A DNA stretch of 64,000 bases from Eledone cirrhosa (GCA_964016885.1 OZ024745.1:69316001-69380000), one strand, 5' to 3'; numbered from the stretch's first letter, positions 12,626 to 27,775 are shown. Notes: generated from the letters alone by a model not told the origin. Program-made: numbers and translations.

Positions 12626-15600
12626 CGTGTTTGTTTATGTGTGTTTGTGTGTGTCTGTAGGCTGAAGATGATTTATTTTATGAGTTTGTATTTCACTATG
12701 AATGTGATTTAATGATATTTGTAGTCAACTTGTAATAATTGGGTGATATATGAAATATAACTGCTACAATACCAATCATACTAGTTATTATCATTTCATG
12801 TCTAAACCAATTTTTTGGTGCTATTTCTTAAATCAACCAAGTAACGAGGTGAATTTAATATGAGCAATCTCGCTCTCGTTTGGACTTGTTATTTTTCTGT
12901 TTCGATATGGAGCTACCGACAATACCTATATAATTATTTAGGACTTCCGGGACTAGTGGGTGGAAAGGAGGGAGAGCGGTATATTCGAATAGGGGATTTA
13001 GTTCAAATACTTGTAACAAGGTGTACACTTTTAATGTTACTCGTGTGCCACCTGGTTGTGTTAAGCAGTGGGGATCGAAACTGTAAATATGGGATAATCA
13101 AATGAAATATTTCATTACGCCATTGTATTAGTGCGGGTGCATTTCATATATTGTTTGAAAGGGATAGCGCCCAATGTACATTCAACACAACATTTTCTTA
13201 CCCAATGGCCATTTACATCAATCGTCGTTTCGACAGCAACTTATATTTTTGAAGAGTGTAATTAACCAGCAAAATCTATAGTACGGCAGATGTATTCCAT
13301 AGATGTTGCCTTAAACTAAAAATTTATTGGCGTGAACATATCGCGAATAAAGAGGAGTAGGAGGTTTGGGTAAACGATACACATGCTCATGAAGAGTCCA
13401 GTAAGACATTCTCAGAGATAGATGCCAAATGTGTGCTTGAATGTAGGGGCTGAGGCAGACCTGTCAAAATCTAGGTGAGTACTGTGGAGGAGGACAGCAA
13501 TATGGTCTAGGATTAGGCTCATCACAGGGCTGGAGACTCTGCTGGTGATCCTCTCGTCGGCAGCAGCTCCATAGAGAACATGAGACACTAACATATCAAG
13601 TTCAAGTCGGAGAACACTCTCCGATCAGTTAGGTATCACCATGTCGTCTGATCAACCGACTAATCCTGCAACCGCCGGTTCTTGCACCACCATAAAGAAA
13701 TATGGTCAAAATATAATGACTAATGAAAATCAAATTACAAAATCGAGTGTATAGTATTTTAGAGCAAATTATTATTTCAAATCATGCCAACATAGAAATA
13801 CTGACCAACAATTGATGACGATGGTTGTTTGTATCTTAATCTTAATGTCTGTTATAGCAGTCATATCCTTAGGAAATATATGATGTTCACCGCATCAGCT
13901 CATTGTTCTCTTTTAAAATAGAACGAATTTGTACTTAATCAAGTTAAAAACAACATTCTGATGACCGGCACAGTCACTTCGATATGTGTATTATGTAGTT
14001 CTTATGCTACATACAAAATATTACTCAGAGTGCTAACTTGATGTTTAATAATCAGAATATTTCTATTGTAACACTTTATTATAGACACAAACAAGATATG
14101 AATTTATAACCGTTTACGCAACCCGTTGTATACAACCCCAGAGTAAATATGACGTCAAACAGCTGTTTTATAAAAATATAAAATTGTGTCATTAGAAATG
14201 TCATCCAGATTTTAAGGATATTAAATGACATTAAATTACATTCATTACACTGTTGACAAAAAGAAGTTGAATTTTGACATTTCGTTAGCTCTCTTTCATG
14301 CGACAAAGTTGGTTTGCAACATACAGACAAAGACCAGCGCCTATTTAAATATTTTCAACACCCAGGCATGTAAGTATGGTTAGCTTATGGCATTATGAAA
14401 ATGAATACTGGAAGGAATAAATATGTAATAAATTCGAAAAGGTGTTATAAATGATAAATTAATACTTGTTATGATTACTAGAAACACGTTATCTTATATT
14501 TCGTTTAAAAGAATCCCGTAAATTCTACTTTTTAAATGTTCTTTAAATATGGTAAAGCTGCAAGCAGAAACAAATGTCAATCAGGCAAGGATGGTAAAAT
14601 ATAGTGTTTATTCCTATATGTCTAAATCTAAAATAATAATATTCTGCTTCAAAGAATAGTCTCCCATTGAAAAGGTCATATTTGTTATTTAATCGTAGTG
14701 CATTTAAAACAAATCAACAACAACATGAACTATTATATAAATCGGGATGCATTTTTATTCTTTTCTGTTTTTCATAAAATATCAGTCAGGTTTAAATTCA
14801 GTGAAACAGCGTCAGAATAAATACATGTATTCATGCCAAAGGCTTGCACAACTAGAAAGCATGTACGAATATGTTTAATTGTTTAATGTGTGTTGTTGGT
14901 TTCTACATTAGTTATACATTCTAATTTGGTTAGTGAGTGAGAATCTACAATACGAACTGGAAGTTTGCACTTATCGGTCTTCACATTGGTAGATGTTGCT
15001 GAATATTAAATAATTTATAGTTATAACATGACAAAACTAGCGATGGAAAGGTCAGGAAAGTAGTACTGCTGATTTTAGATGAATATTTTGGGTAGCCACA
15101 ACTATATAGAAAAATCTAATAAGAGGACATAGTAGTCAATTGTTAGATAGGACAAGGGAAACTATGTTTCCATTTGTTTTTCCGTTATTGATAATATCTG
15201 TTGGTTGCAACAGCTGGAAAAATATACACTCTTTGTACTTAGAATACAGTAGCCGGGTCAGATAGCACAAATCATCCAGTCCGACTGTTTAGCAATTCTA
15301 CTAATCCACCATCAATGTACTTTATTTGTTTACCAAGTTAGAATGAAAGCCAAATTTAACATCAAGTGAAATTTAAACACAAAACGCTGAAGGTTCCAAG
15401 TAATACCGTGACATCTACCCTCTAAAGTCTTTGCCAATACACCACATATAACATAGAATACAGATATCACACTACAGAGAACATTGGAATCACACTTAAA
15501 GTCAGAAATACATTATTAGTACAAAAGAATCTGATCTGTACAAATGACATATATGTAGATGCCGACAAATGTTAGTATATTACAGGAGATATTTTGTTTT

Positions 15601-15868
15601 TGATTATGAAATACGAGTTGTCAGACGAAACTCAAATGGTAAAAAGAAATAGCAACAAGTCTCAGAGTGGTATATTTTAACATTCTCGTGTGTAGAAGAG
15701 AAGCTTTAACATAGGAACCATCGACGATTGTTTATGTGGCCTCAAGTGCCACCAGAATTAGCAGCTATATCGCAGTCCAATTACACCTTGCCGTCTTCAA
15801 AAACATAGGAAAGGGTAATCCTAAATGTTCTTTGATCTGCAATCGATGACCACCACAATATTAATTAG

Positions 15869-15980
15869 GAGTTCAAATCCCGCAGAGGTTAACTTTGCCT
15901 TTCATCCTTACCGGGTCGATAAAATAAAGTACCAGTAATGTACTGGGTAATTGCTCGCATTGTGCCAATAGTAGAAACAA
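15869..15980 (+). mobile_element. 5'-truncated SINE family A with 15-bp target-site duplication
   Basis: SINE 3' half; aatattaattaggag at 15857-15871 and 15980-15994. Confidence 0.88.
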
Positions 15981-16339
15981 ATATTAATTAGGAGCTGTGA
16001 ATGCGTAGAAGATTCATGAGTTCAATACTAACACTGAAATAAGGACCACAGGTAAAGTACATTTTTTAAATTAGTCACCTTCCAAATGAATGGAAACTTT
16101 TCAATTTCACCAATATTTCTCAGCTCTTCCTATTTTTCCGAATGACTCCTAGTAATTGATTGGTTAATATGATTGCTTTGCACAGTTGTATATCCATAAT
16201 TTCAATGTCCATTAACCATTTATGGGAATAACAATTTTCAGTAGATGCTTCACATGATATGTATATTAGCTTCTAATAAAAAAAAAATCTATTTAATTTA
16301 GATACAATGCTAGCATATTTGGAGGAAGGACTCTGTCGA

Positions 16340-16490
16340 TAACATCGATCTATTGATATTACGTTTTTATTTGTTCCCGGAAAATGAAAGGCAAATTTAA
16401 TCTCATCAAGATTTGAACCCAGAATGTGCAGAACCCAACAAAAACCACAAATAATTTTGAACGACACCCTAACAATTCTGCTAACTCACA
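16340..16490 (-). mobile_element. Degenerate SINE family A
   Basis: Reverse strand reads ctgggttcaaatcttgatgagattaaatttgcctttcattttccggg, resembling the SINE core. Confidence 0.5.
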
Positions 16491-18774
16491 ACTCTACTTT
16501 AATAATAAATGTGACATGTAATATTATGTAATACCATGTCACGACGTACATGATATGTAACACAGAACTCAGATGATGATATATCTTCGATTGGTAGACG
16601 ATTGACATTTAGTGGTTTGATCAATTGAACGTCAAACTCCCAAATTATCATGTAAACGATTGCGTATTCCAATGAAATTCATCATCCGTATCACCCTGAC
16701 ACATCTAGTAACAAGAAGTGCTGAGAGGACTCCATGTGGTTTATGATTATACCAATTTTACAAGATTTGCGTTTAAACGAGAAATGAATATATTGCTTTA
16801 CTAAATAATTAATTCTTGACAAAAAATGACATAAAGAGACAACCTCGAAATGGAAATTAATTAGAATTAATCACAGAATACGGTTGGGATTGAATCTGAT
16901 ACATAGCAGTAATGTGGTAACTACTGCTCCTGAAATATTTCTGTTTTATCAAAGCTCGTCAGAGATTACATGTTCCAAGATATCTAGGGATATAAGAGTG
17001 GTGTTATAATCAAAAGGAATGACTGACATAAATTTCACCTCAAATTATTCTCAATAAAATTTAAGTTAAATATGTTATCAGTAACCATAAAAGGCCAGAT
17101 GTGTATCTAATTAGGAAAATGATAAATATATATTATAAGCTTGTTTTTCGATCTGATTTATAAAACTAAATTTTATATGTAAAGGTGGTTGGTCCATTCT
17201 GAAAGCAAAAGTACACAAAATATAGCCTGTAAGAGCATATTGAAAAATAAATATATTTATGAAAGTATAAACTTAATAAGAGTGCACAATCATTAAATTG
17301 TTCTTGGAAGTCTAGGAAGGAAATAGAGAGAGAATAGAAATATAAACGTCGAGATTAATGAAACAAGAAATATGATGGGAAAATATGGCGGTAAGTGCGT
17401 TTCCGATATTATTTGTTACAACTAATAAAAAATAATTAGAGGTAGTTCGATTATAGCGTAAGTATGGAATTAGCAAATATATATTTGAGGATGCAGCTGA
17501 AAAGTAATTATCAGAAATGCAATTACATGAACATCAAAGCTCACCGATGTGGCTGGGAAACAATAAGATATAAAATATAAGAATTAATGTAAACAGTAGC
17601 AATAAATGAGGTAAAACTCTAGTTTATGTTGGGTTTTATTGAACGACAGAAAGAGAAAGAAATATAGTAACAAGTAACAAGTGTATTTAATGCTTTATAT
17701 CGAACCACACATTGAAGCGGTTGCTCACACCCTGACATGTAAGATTGTGTTTCATCTGAAAGGAAGGGTTTGTTTTTAATTTGTAGTATGGACATTCATA
17801 ATATAGGTAAAATAAATGTGTAATATCAAACTTTCATTATCACAGCACAGTATATGGCAATGCAGCAAATTAAGATTCGTTAAGACTTCCTTTTATTTAA
17901 CCTAAGACATCACACATTCCCCCCCTTTCCTTCTTTTATAGTGGTATCAACTACAACTGCCTGCTAACTCTTGTTTAAAACTAAGTTATTATCCTCATCA
18001 CCAACATTATCATTATCCTGATTATTTTTTGACTCCCTGTGTATTGCGGTCTTCATAATCAGTTGTGGTCCACTGGCTACCAGTGGATATGGACCCTGGG
18101 GGAAATTTGAATCTAGAATGCAAAGTATCAGAACAGCTATTGCAACGCTTCTCGTCCGAATACACCCGATACACCACCACCGACTGGTGTTGTATGTTTC
18201 GGTACCGATTGTGGGATTTAAACCCAGATCCCAATGGGCCGGTACAAATGTTATATCCATCACCATAATAACTCTGCCAACTCCCTGCCTCCATTTAGAA
18301 TATCAGAAGCAATGTTTCGTTTTTATTTTAAGTATTTAGAAATGAAAAAAAATAATAGACACGCGACGATCATCAGATGTGACTGTAATACAAATGTCCT
18401 GTTTTTTAAAATATTCTGTCACGCTTAATCAGTGTAGATATTATGTTAAAGATACATGTATCTATATAATACTCAGCCTCATGTGCAGTAATTCCGCATT
18501 TGGACATTTAGTTAATAGCACAAATGAATGCTCTTCATGGAAAGTGACGAAGGATCCATTGTCAACAATTATATTCTTATCGGTACCGGAGAGAAAGTCA
18601 TAAAGTTTAAAATCTGTACGTGTTGTTACAATTAAATTACAAAGGACAGAGTCGTATAGCGCTTGAGAATAGGTTCCATACAAATATCTCCTCAACTATA
18701 AACTGTAACTTGATCTTTATTTTAGAACGACATATTATTGTTTTCCTTATAGCGGGGAGATTTCCAATTAAATA

Positions 18775-18847
<73 letters not shown>

Positions 18848-19169
18848 GGAAATCAGTAAAATCGAATCTCTGGCGGTTTGCAAGTAAATTCGGCCTACTT
18901 ATATGAAATGATGAGTTAGCAAAGCACTCGATAAGATAGGACCTTAGAGTAATAACATACGTTTAAATAGCTTGACAAATCCAAAATTGTGGTAGGCGAA
19001 ACTAACACACAATATATACCAAAGTAACGATAGAACTAATCAGGTTGAGAAAATATATATATATATATATATAGGCTCAAGTGTATTTTAAAAGTGATAC
19101 GAACACTTTGGGGCAAAACTGATAGAATATTTTCCACATCATACAGATAATATAGCGCTCACGGCGGCG

Positions 19170-19490
19170 TTGGAGAAACCAGAGTTTGAGCTTTTTTCGT
19201 CAACCCCAATAGGCACCAAGGTCTGACCTTCTCGTGAATGATATGAGGTGGTTCAATTTTCATAATACTTTGTTTCGTGTGGGGAGACCACAGTAGAAAA
19301 TAATATTCAAGATGGGGGCCGGACAAAGGTAGATAAGAAAGTATAATGAGATGGATATAACTCGACTGGAAAATTCTGAGAATCCAGTAACATATTTTGC
19401 ACGTCATGTCAACTTTGTTGTTTATATAAGTAGCTCAGCTTAGGCTGTTATCAACAATTACTTCCAGGTCCCTGGTGTTGTTGGATGCCA
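19170..19490 (-). mobile_element. CR1/L2-group LINE RT C-terminal fragment
   Basis: Reverse translation TRDLEVIVDNSLS*...CYWILRIFQS...GPHLEYYFLLWSPHTKQSIMKIE resembles the RDLGV.../RPHLEYC..WSP motifs. Confidence 0.75.
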
Positions 19491-19546
19491 CGGGGGCTTC
19501 ACCCAAGGTAAGATAATATGTTAGTTTCAGTGATTGCATCCCAGTG

Positions 19547-19650
19547 AGTTCAAATCCCGCCGAGGTTGACTTTGCCTTTCATCCTTAGGGGGTCGATAAA
19601 ATAAAGTACCAGTAATGCACTGGCCTTGTGCCTAAAGTAGAAACAATTAT
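19547..19650 (+). mobile_element. 5'-truncated SINE family A
   Basis: gagttcaaatcccgccgaggttgactttgcctttcatcc...agtagaaacaattat. Confidence 0.85.
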
Positions 19651-21786
19651 GAAGATTCATTTTATCAAATAGATGGGCTGGAGAGAGTTATTTGGGTTTA
19701 TCATTCGACTGGTGAAAACTCAAGTCATAGAGAACCATGCCGTGTTCTGAAAGAAGGGTTTTCCCCCTTTAATATTGTATATAGTGTTAGTGTAATTTCT
19801 AAACACTAAGGCCAAAATATTTTTTTGATATCTGGTTGGTACACGAACAAGCTGGGAATGGAAAAAAACACACCCATAGAGTCTAGAAGTGACACTAGTG
19901 TTGCGTTGTCAGTGAGGTAAGTGGAAATAATGGATTCAGTTTATAGACTATTTGCTGACTGGAGGTGTCGTTATAGTTGGTTAAAGTTATAGTTTCCGCT
20001 TTTCGTTGTTTTTGTTTTTGGACCTTTGTGAACATTCTAGACCAGCATTACTGCAGCAGGGAATGATTTTACTGTGGCTTAGATGTTGACCTAGAGCCCC
20101 ATTTCTGTTAGTGGGACAGGTCCCTGGAAGAAGAATGAAGGGATAGTCATGCTGCAGATATAATCTGTCGCATTGGGAATACAGGCCGATTTTAGTATTC
20201 CGGGTTACGCGTGCTTATATATATATATGTGTGCGTGTGTGTGGGGTGTGTATAGGAATATATGTATTTGTATACATGTACTTATATATATTATGCACAT
20301 ACGTACACACACTTATGTATATATATAAATATGTTTGTGTGTGTGTGATTATGTGTGTTTGTGTATGTATGTGTGTGAGTGTATGTATGGGTGTGTGTAT
20401 GTATATATGTGTGCATGTTAGGTGTTTGTATGCAATAGACAGACCTTTGAAATTTAGTGCATATGGCATGTACATCTTTCCGCCATTATAGCTTAAATTA
20501 CAATAATAAACTTTCTTCACGCATCACATTTGAATACTTCTCAACCAGTTTATCATTATTGAATTTCTTAAACTACTTATAAGATGCATATATACGACTA
20601 TGCGCTGTAGTTACCTCACTGGATCACGTACACAATAATATATTAGAATATAGAGCAATTTACCACAAACCCATATGGTTAATTTCAACTAAGGGATTTA
20701 AAATAGCTAAGCAACACAACGTCTATGAAACCATTAGTACAGTTTAGAAAATGTACACAGGATTGGTCTTCACTCAGCTCCGACGATGATCATTTATTCG
20801 TACTATCAATTGAACTTCCTATGTGTGCATTTATGAGGAAGTGTTTCAGTACTCATCAGATGAGTGTAATCATACAGTATTTCCTAAGCAGATACACAAT
20901 CTCTAAAACACTTGCACACAGATTTCTTCTACTCAATTCAAATAGGTTGAGTGGATTTGTGGCCTTATTAAGATTATTTGCCCAAAGTTCACGCAGCCAG
21001 ACTGAAACCACTATCTTGTTTCAAAGCGAACATCTTAAATATACAGCTATGCTGCGATTCGAATAAAGTGCAATTTAGTGCACCCTCCTGAAATAAGTTG
21101 TGTAGCTCAGTTAAGTCACAACACATCTTTAAAAACATTAGTACTATGAATAAAATATACACACATATTGAGGAATAACATTGTTATTATAATGGTATTA
21201 TATACACAAGCGTATTGAGAACAATAGTTGCCATTTCTATGTATGAAAAATATCAATGGAAAGACATTCATAGCGAATTAAGATATATGTAATTATCTAG
21301 AAGTGGATAGCGATATTAATAACAAAGTAATGGCTAATATCTCAGCAAAAATATACACTCTATTTTCCTGAATCCATGTTATTCGCCTCAGTAAACTATC
21401 TTGGCTGGATCAGCTAAGGACAGAACACCTACAAGCTACAAATGACTATCAAATATCCCTCAACGTATACCCCAGTACCTTAAAAGAAGAAATAACACAT
21501 TGGATAATGTCGTCGTCGGTATTAAGAACATGAGGTGATTGTTTGGATAACGTAGTTCCTTTATATAAACCAAAAATAGTAAATCGGCTACACATGGAAT
21601 GGATTTGGTCATACAACAGCTTGATCATTATTGACATAAAGTTAAACCTCCAACAAAAAGATCAACACACAAACAAACCTCACAACACCGCAAAGCTGAT
21701 GTAACAGACAAAACAATTCAATTCATTAGATAATTTAATCCATGGGAAAAAGCAGATGAAAACGTCAAGATCTTATTTGTCTAGGA

Positions 21787-21896
<110 letters not shown>

Positions 21897-22301
21897 ACAA
21901 TCTAGCTGTCGTCTGTTCTACAGTGTGGATGTAATTCACTTCGCGCAGAAGTTTTGTTCAAATTTATTGCGGAAATTTTGTGAGTTCAAATTTAATTTTG
22001 ATACTATTGTGTAGCTTGACCCCCCGTCTGAACTGTCAGGCGGTGGGTCAGCTCATCTTTACCCCTCCTAGAGGTGAAAAACCTATTTTAAAAAATTTTG
22101 TGGCAAAAAAATTTCAATCGTCTGACAGAAATGTTAAACGAAGCGAACGAAAATAGGGGTGGGTGGACAGCGGTAAGAGTTGTAAGCTCGCACGCTTTAG
22201 TCTCCCCTTCCTTCCCAACTAACGTCATAGAGAAGGAAGGAAAAATTAAAATAAAAACAGACGAATCTGCGGAGAAAAATGACGAAAAGACAAATCTGGA
22301 C

Positions 22302-24030
22302 ATGGATTCCAACAACTAAAAAAAAAATTTGAAAAATTGCATGACGATACTAATACCACAAACAAAGACACAACAAACACAAAAATAACATTTGAAAATA
22401 ACACCATAACAGAAAGCAAAGCAGACGACAGAGTCAAGATTTCATTTGCACAAACAACAAAGAAATCTTTGACATATATACCCGAAAATATTTCAGATGT
22501 GGCACGAAGAATCACAGACACCAAACAATACATAAGTGAAGGAGAGAATGGTATTTTATCGGTAAAAATGCCTCAAGAACTCACCAAAGACATTGAAAGT
22601 CGAACGGTCGTGTTCCGCACCATCAACAACACTTCAAAAAAACCTGAACAGCCTTCTCAAGCAGATATCAAAACAGTACTCACAGAAGTACTTAATGAAA
22701 CCACTTTCATAAGAAAAGACAGACTGTATGGAAGCCTAGCAATTATCACAAAGAACGAATCGGCGGCACAAAATGTGCTTTGTCACCGATTCGTTCTAAA
22801 AAATTTACCTTTTATCCATCTTATATGGGCTAAAGAACTCAACGCATATGGCTGGATGCAATGATGCCAGATGTGGACTACTGCTGGCTCATAGCTGGCT
22901 TCATCGATCCAGTGAATGACAACGTGATTTCCATTGGGAAAACCACAGGCAATGCGTTCAGTGGAACAGGTATAGAGCTGGTAGTGCAAATGAAGCCTGA
23001 ACGCATCGCCCAAATACCCGACAGAATCCTATTAGAGGGCCACGGGTATATAAACATTAGCGTGGAGGGGAGAAGGCCGTCCTGTCATATCTGTGCAGGC
23101 AGAGGGCACCTGAAGGCCGCTTGTCCCCAACTCAACAAAAAGAAAACCCTGCTACCAACACCAGCTCCACCACCACCACCACAACAGATAAACAAACAAC
23201 AAAACTCAGTCCCACCCAACCCGTCCCTCAGTAAAACTACACCACCACCACAACACAAACAGTCACAACACATTACCCCAAAACAAAATACAGGCCCACC
23301 CAACCCCTCACTCAATAAAACAACACAACCACCGCAGACACAACACACAACACAGTCTAACATAGTGACATCCATCTCCCCCACAAAGAAAACCAACACG
23401 GAAACATTACCAGCAAACATACCTCTTCCCTCCAACACTGAAGATAACCCAACGAATTCGGAGGAAGAAACGGAGTCCTTCAGACAGATTAAAAGGAAAA
23501 AAAGAAAACATGTGCAAAACACACAAGGCCAAACAACCCCCACCCAAATGTCAACACAATCCAACAAAACAGAAAACACCCCTCCAGCAACAAACAAAAC
23601 CAAACCTGCCCCTCCCCTCTTCGAAACACTCACACCATCCGAAAAAAAGACATTACACTATACTTACATCAACAGAAACAATAATAAATTAAATGAACTC
23701 ATAAACAATAATCCTTCGGTACAAACCGAAGGTGTAAACTTTGTTTCTTCAGAAAACTTCCCACATTTAAAATTAATAAAGATCCCAATGAACCTCTACC
23801 AAAAACTAAAAAAGGATTTTAAGGAGGACGTAGGACCACCCTCTGTCAAACCCATAAACCGCGTCCTACTAAAAAGCTTTCCCCCTTCCCTTCCCCTCCC
23901 CAACACAACTCCAAACACCCCAACCCCACCACACACTGACGACCCCGCACCATCACAAGACACCCCTTCACCCAACACACCCGACCCCATGGAAGTCGTG
24001 CGACCCGAACCCCGGGAAGCGGAAAGGTAG
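22302..24030 (+). pseudogene. LINE ORF1 (gag-like, CCHC knuckle, Pro/Thr-rich C-terminus), frameshifted
   Basis: VEGRRPSCHICAGRGHLKAACP; split into ORFs 22337-22864 and 22861-24030; start codon uncertain. Confidence 0.8.
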
Positions 24031-24063
24031 GTCTCTACACTCTCCGTTGGCTCTGCCGCCCAC

Positions 24064-27000
24064 ATGGATGTGTTAAGAGTAGGATGTTTGAATGCCCGTG
24101 GCCTGGGCTCAACTTGGAAGCAAGCAAAGCTTCTAAATGACCTCAGGTCATGTGGTATAAATGTAATGGTTATCTGTGAGACTCGGATCAGCGTCGTGCG
24201 GCAGCTGGCCCCTAACTTCGATGACTTTGAGGTTCATGCATCTCTCTGTCAACCTGGAGGTGGGGGTGGGGTTGTCTTACTGCTGCAAAAACACCTGGGT
24301 CTTGCCGTACAGGTTGTGCACTCGGACCCGGAGAGTCGTTTGTTGGTGCTAGACGTTGTGAAGGTGCGGCCTTAAGACTGGTCGCCGTCTACTCCCCTTT
24401 CGGAGCTGAACGGCCCGACTTCTTCCAGCGTTTAGAGACTTTTCTGGGAACGTCGCGTTCCCTGCTTCTAGCGGGGGATTGGAATGACATCCTAGATGCA
24501 CGTTGGGACTATGCAGGAGCATGTCCTAATAGAGGGGGGGGGGGGTAACAGCCTCAAGGGCTTACTCGACCGTTTTAACTTGGTCGATAGATATCGACTA
24601 AATTTTCCAACTGTGCCTACCTGGACTTGGAGAAACCACAGTGGTCAATCTAGATCGTACTTAGATAGATTCTTAGTTAGAAGTAAGGATAGGGACATAT
24701 TAAGCTGTTCAGAAATGCTCACGGTTGGCTACACGGATCACAAATTAGTGACCTGCGTAGTCAATCTCGAGAAAACACATAAACAGGGTCCCGGTTACTG
24801 GTAACTTAATTTGTCTTTACCGGCAAAAAGACTTACAGAAACCGGATTAGCAGATTAGTTAAGGAGAGGTTGACGGGTCCAATCGTCAACAACCGATGGT
24901 GGGCATCTCTCAAAAGGGAGATTAAAACAGAATCAATAAGTTATACCAAGATGTTAGCTGCCGATAGGAATAGAAACGAGAAAGAATTAACAGGTAAATT
25001 AGAAGAGGCAATCAAGAGCGAAGATGTGGCCAGAGTGCTGGCATCGAGGACGGCCTTGAACCAGTTTTTCGATGTAAAGCACGAAGGCTGCGTCATTCGA
25101 AGTAAAATACGTGCTCTAGGTAATGAGGGGGCCAAAGCCGTTGGCTGGGCCCGCGTGACAGAAGCTAAGAGTGGAAATCGATCCACCATCCGGTCGTTGC
25201 AAGACGAAGATGAACGGGTGATCCGGGAGCCTAAGCAGGTGCCTTTCAAAGGCACTTTGCCCGATTGTTCGGGGGAGGCGAGGGTCCGGGCGGGGACGTG
25301 GATTTCGGTCCATACCTCGACGGCCTGCCGCGTCTCTCGAGCGAAGAGGCAGAGTCCTGCGAGGGACCAATCTCGGCTGATGAGATCGGAGATGCGCTAA
25401 CCCAATGCAGCAGACGCAAATCTCCAGGTCTCAATGGTATAACTTACGAACTTTATTTAGCAATGCCGGTCTTCTTCTCCGAACTCCTCGAAGCGGTCTA
25501 CTGCAATTGGTAGCAGAACGGGAGAATTCCTTGTTCTGTAGCCAAGGGCGTAGTCACGCTGGTGAGGAAGGACGAGAACAAGGGAGATAGTATAAATAAT
25601 TGTCGGCCCATAACCCTGCTAAACACAGTGTTAAAGATGTTGGCCAAGGTGTTAGCAAAGAGGTTGGCGCTTGTCGTGGGTGGCCTGGTGGGAGATGCGC
25701 AGACATGTACTATCCCATCCAGGTCCATTCACGATAACCTCCACCTCATGCGATACATCATAGAGAGGGTTGGCAACAAACCCGGCTTCGGTGGGGCCCT
25801 GATCAACTTGGATCAGTCTAAGGCCTTCGATAGGGTCGACCATGGTTAACAGGATACGGTGCTAGCGGCGGCTGGGTTCGGTCCTGTTTTCAGAGGCTGG
25901 ATCACTGCCTTACATAGCAACCACTTTGGTCTAGGATCAAGGTGAACGGCTACCTTTCGAAGCCGTTCGAAATCACACGATCCATTCGACAGGGGTGCCC
26001 TCTCTCCTCCCTTCTGTACGTATTGACTCTCGAGCCTTTACTGAGGAAGTTGGAGTTGTTGCAGGGTATCCTCCTGGAACCGGGATTGAGCAAAGCGGTG
26101 TCGGCCTACGTCGATGACGTAACAGTAATGGTATTGACCGACTCGGAGATCGAGGCGATCGGTACCTTACTGGAGGATTACAAAGGTTGTCAGGAGTGAA
26201 ACTGAACCGGGAAAAATCCATCGGGCTGCAACTCGGAACGTGGAGAGGCAGACCGATGCCTCCCGACGGTGTCGTCGGACACTGGACGGAGGGCCCGGTA
26301 AAGTTGCTTGGGGTCTAGTTTGGACCGGACCTCCAGGTGGAAAAGAACTGGAACGAGGTTACGAACAAGGTGTTTGCACTAACCCAGAAATGGGCCAAGT
26401 GTAAGCTGTCCCTAAAAGGTCGGGCGGAGGGGGCGAACATGTACATAGCGTCCGTCACTTACTACCGCCTGACTGTCGTGCCTTGCCCTAAGGAAACACT
26501 CACCACCATGGAACGCATGCGCTTCCAATTTCTTTGGAAGAAGCGCCCTCCTATGATGAGAAGATCCATCTGCTGCCAACAACCTTCGAAAGGAGGGCTG
26601 GGGATGCCGTGGTTAATGATGCGTAGGCACGCATTAAGGCTACGGCACCTACAGGTATTCCTCACTGGTCAACCGGTGTGGGCTCCGTTCGTGAAACGAG
26701 CCTTTCCGAGACTCGTCTCGCTCACCGAGCTACAGTCCTGGGTCAAGCAAAGATCCGGAAAACTGGGAGACTGGCACACTGAGTGTGCTCAGGCGGACAG
26801 GGCTCTCTGGCAAGCGGGCCAGGCCATCGGTGGAGAATCCACCTCATCATTCTATAGAGGGCTGGTGGCTAGCAGGGGCGATGACACCCTTGGAGAGTCG
26901 CTGGACATGGAAGAAGACGAACTGGCCAGCCTGTTCGGTAGGACTTTCGGCCCAGGACCAATGGACAGCTTCCAGAAGTCACTGGCCTGGCAGTGCTACC

Positions 27001-27379
27001 GGGGGGCTCTACCCGTTCGAGAGACGGGCGCCCGGGCAGGGATCCCTCAAAAAAGATTTGCCCTAGATGCGTGCGTCACGAAGAAACCGTTGCGCACGCA
27101 TTGGTGCAATGTCCGGGCGTGGCTGATCTGTGGGGCTATGCCGAACGACTGCTGTCGCGGGTGGCGCCGATTCAGTTGACCGCCGAGTCCGTGATGACAA
27201 TCAAACCGCCTCCCCTCTTCACAAAGGAAGCAAAGGCGGTTTTTCTGTGCGTCATAGCCATGTTGAAAGAGGTTGTTTGGTGGACACGATTGAAAGGTCT
27301 GAGGTCAGGCAACTTCCTCTCTGGCCATAGTCTGGTCTACTTCTTCCGATATCACTTCGGAAGAAGGATAATAATGTAG
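24064..27379 (+). pseudogene. LINE ORF2 (AP endonuclease, reverse transcriptase, C-terminal Zn motif) with multiple stops and frameshifts
   Basis: CLNARGL, ICETR, AGDWN, SYLDRF, TDH; KSPGLNG, RPITLLN, LDQSKAFDRVDH, RQGCPLS, AYVDDV; CPRC..EETVAHALVQC. Confidence 0.93.
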
Positions 27380-27691
27380 AGAGAGGTGCATGGCCACAGG
27401 CAGTTTTATGAAAGGTGGGTGATAGTGGCGAGAATGGCTCGTGTAAATGGGCCTTCTCTGTATACCATCCTGTAGGTAAAGAAGTAAAGGAGAGGGGAGC
27501 ACCTTCTCCATGTGCTCCCCGGGCAAAGGATTGCACACTTTTTCGGGTGTGTGTGTGCAACCCCCATCACGTCCCCTCCCTTTTGGGGTTGTTTTCGATT
27601 ATTTTCATTTTATACCCTTTTTACTCGATTGTATGTAAACTCCCCCTTTGTATTTGTCCCTTCTTTTTATGCCTTTATGGTAAATAAAGAA

Positions 27692-27775
<84 letters not shown>
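27692..27775. repeat. (ATCT)n array, right flank of the LINE
   Basis: Direct run. Confidence 0.97.

Larger units (their letters stand above)
21897..27691 (+). mobile_element. Near full-length Tx1/L1-clade non-LTR retrotransposon inserted in (TATC)n
   Basis: ORF1 with zinc knuckle, ORF2 with APE, RT and CCHC; ends aataaagaa directly before (ATCT)n; the same repeat lies on both sides. Confidence 0.92.

Noticed and set aside
13380-13690. GC-richer island with a 60-aa ORF
   Set aside because: No recognisable protein or repeat signature.
18060-18265. Possible minus-strand SINE head (ggtttaaatccc) and a small hairpin
   Set aside because: Single degenerate copy; too weak to call.
23085-24065. Gly/Val-rich minus-strand ORFs
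   Set aside because: Antisense shadows of the Pro/Thr-rich LINE ORF1.
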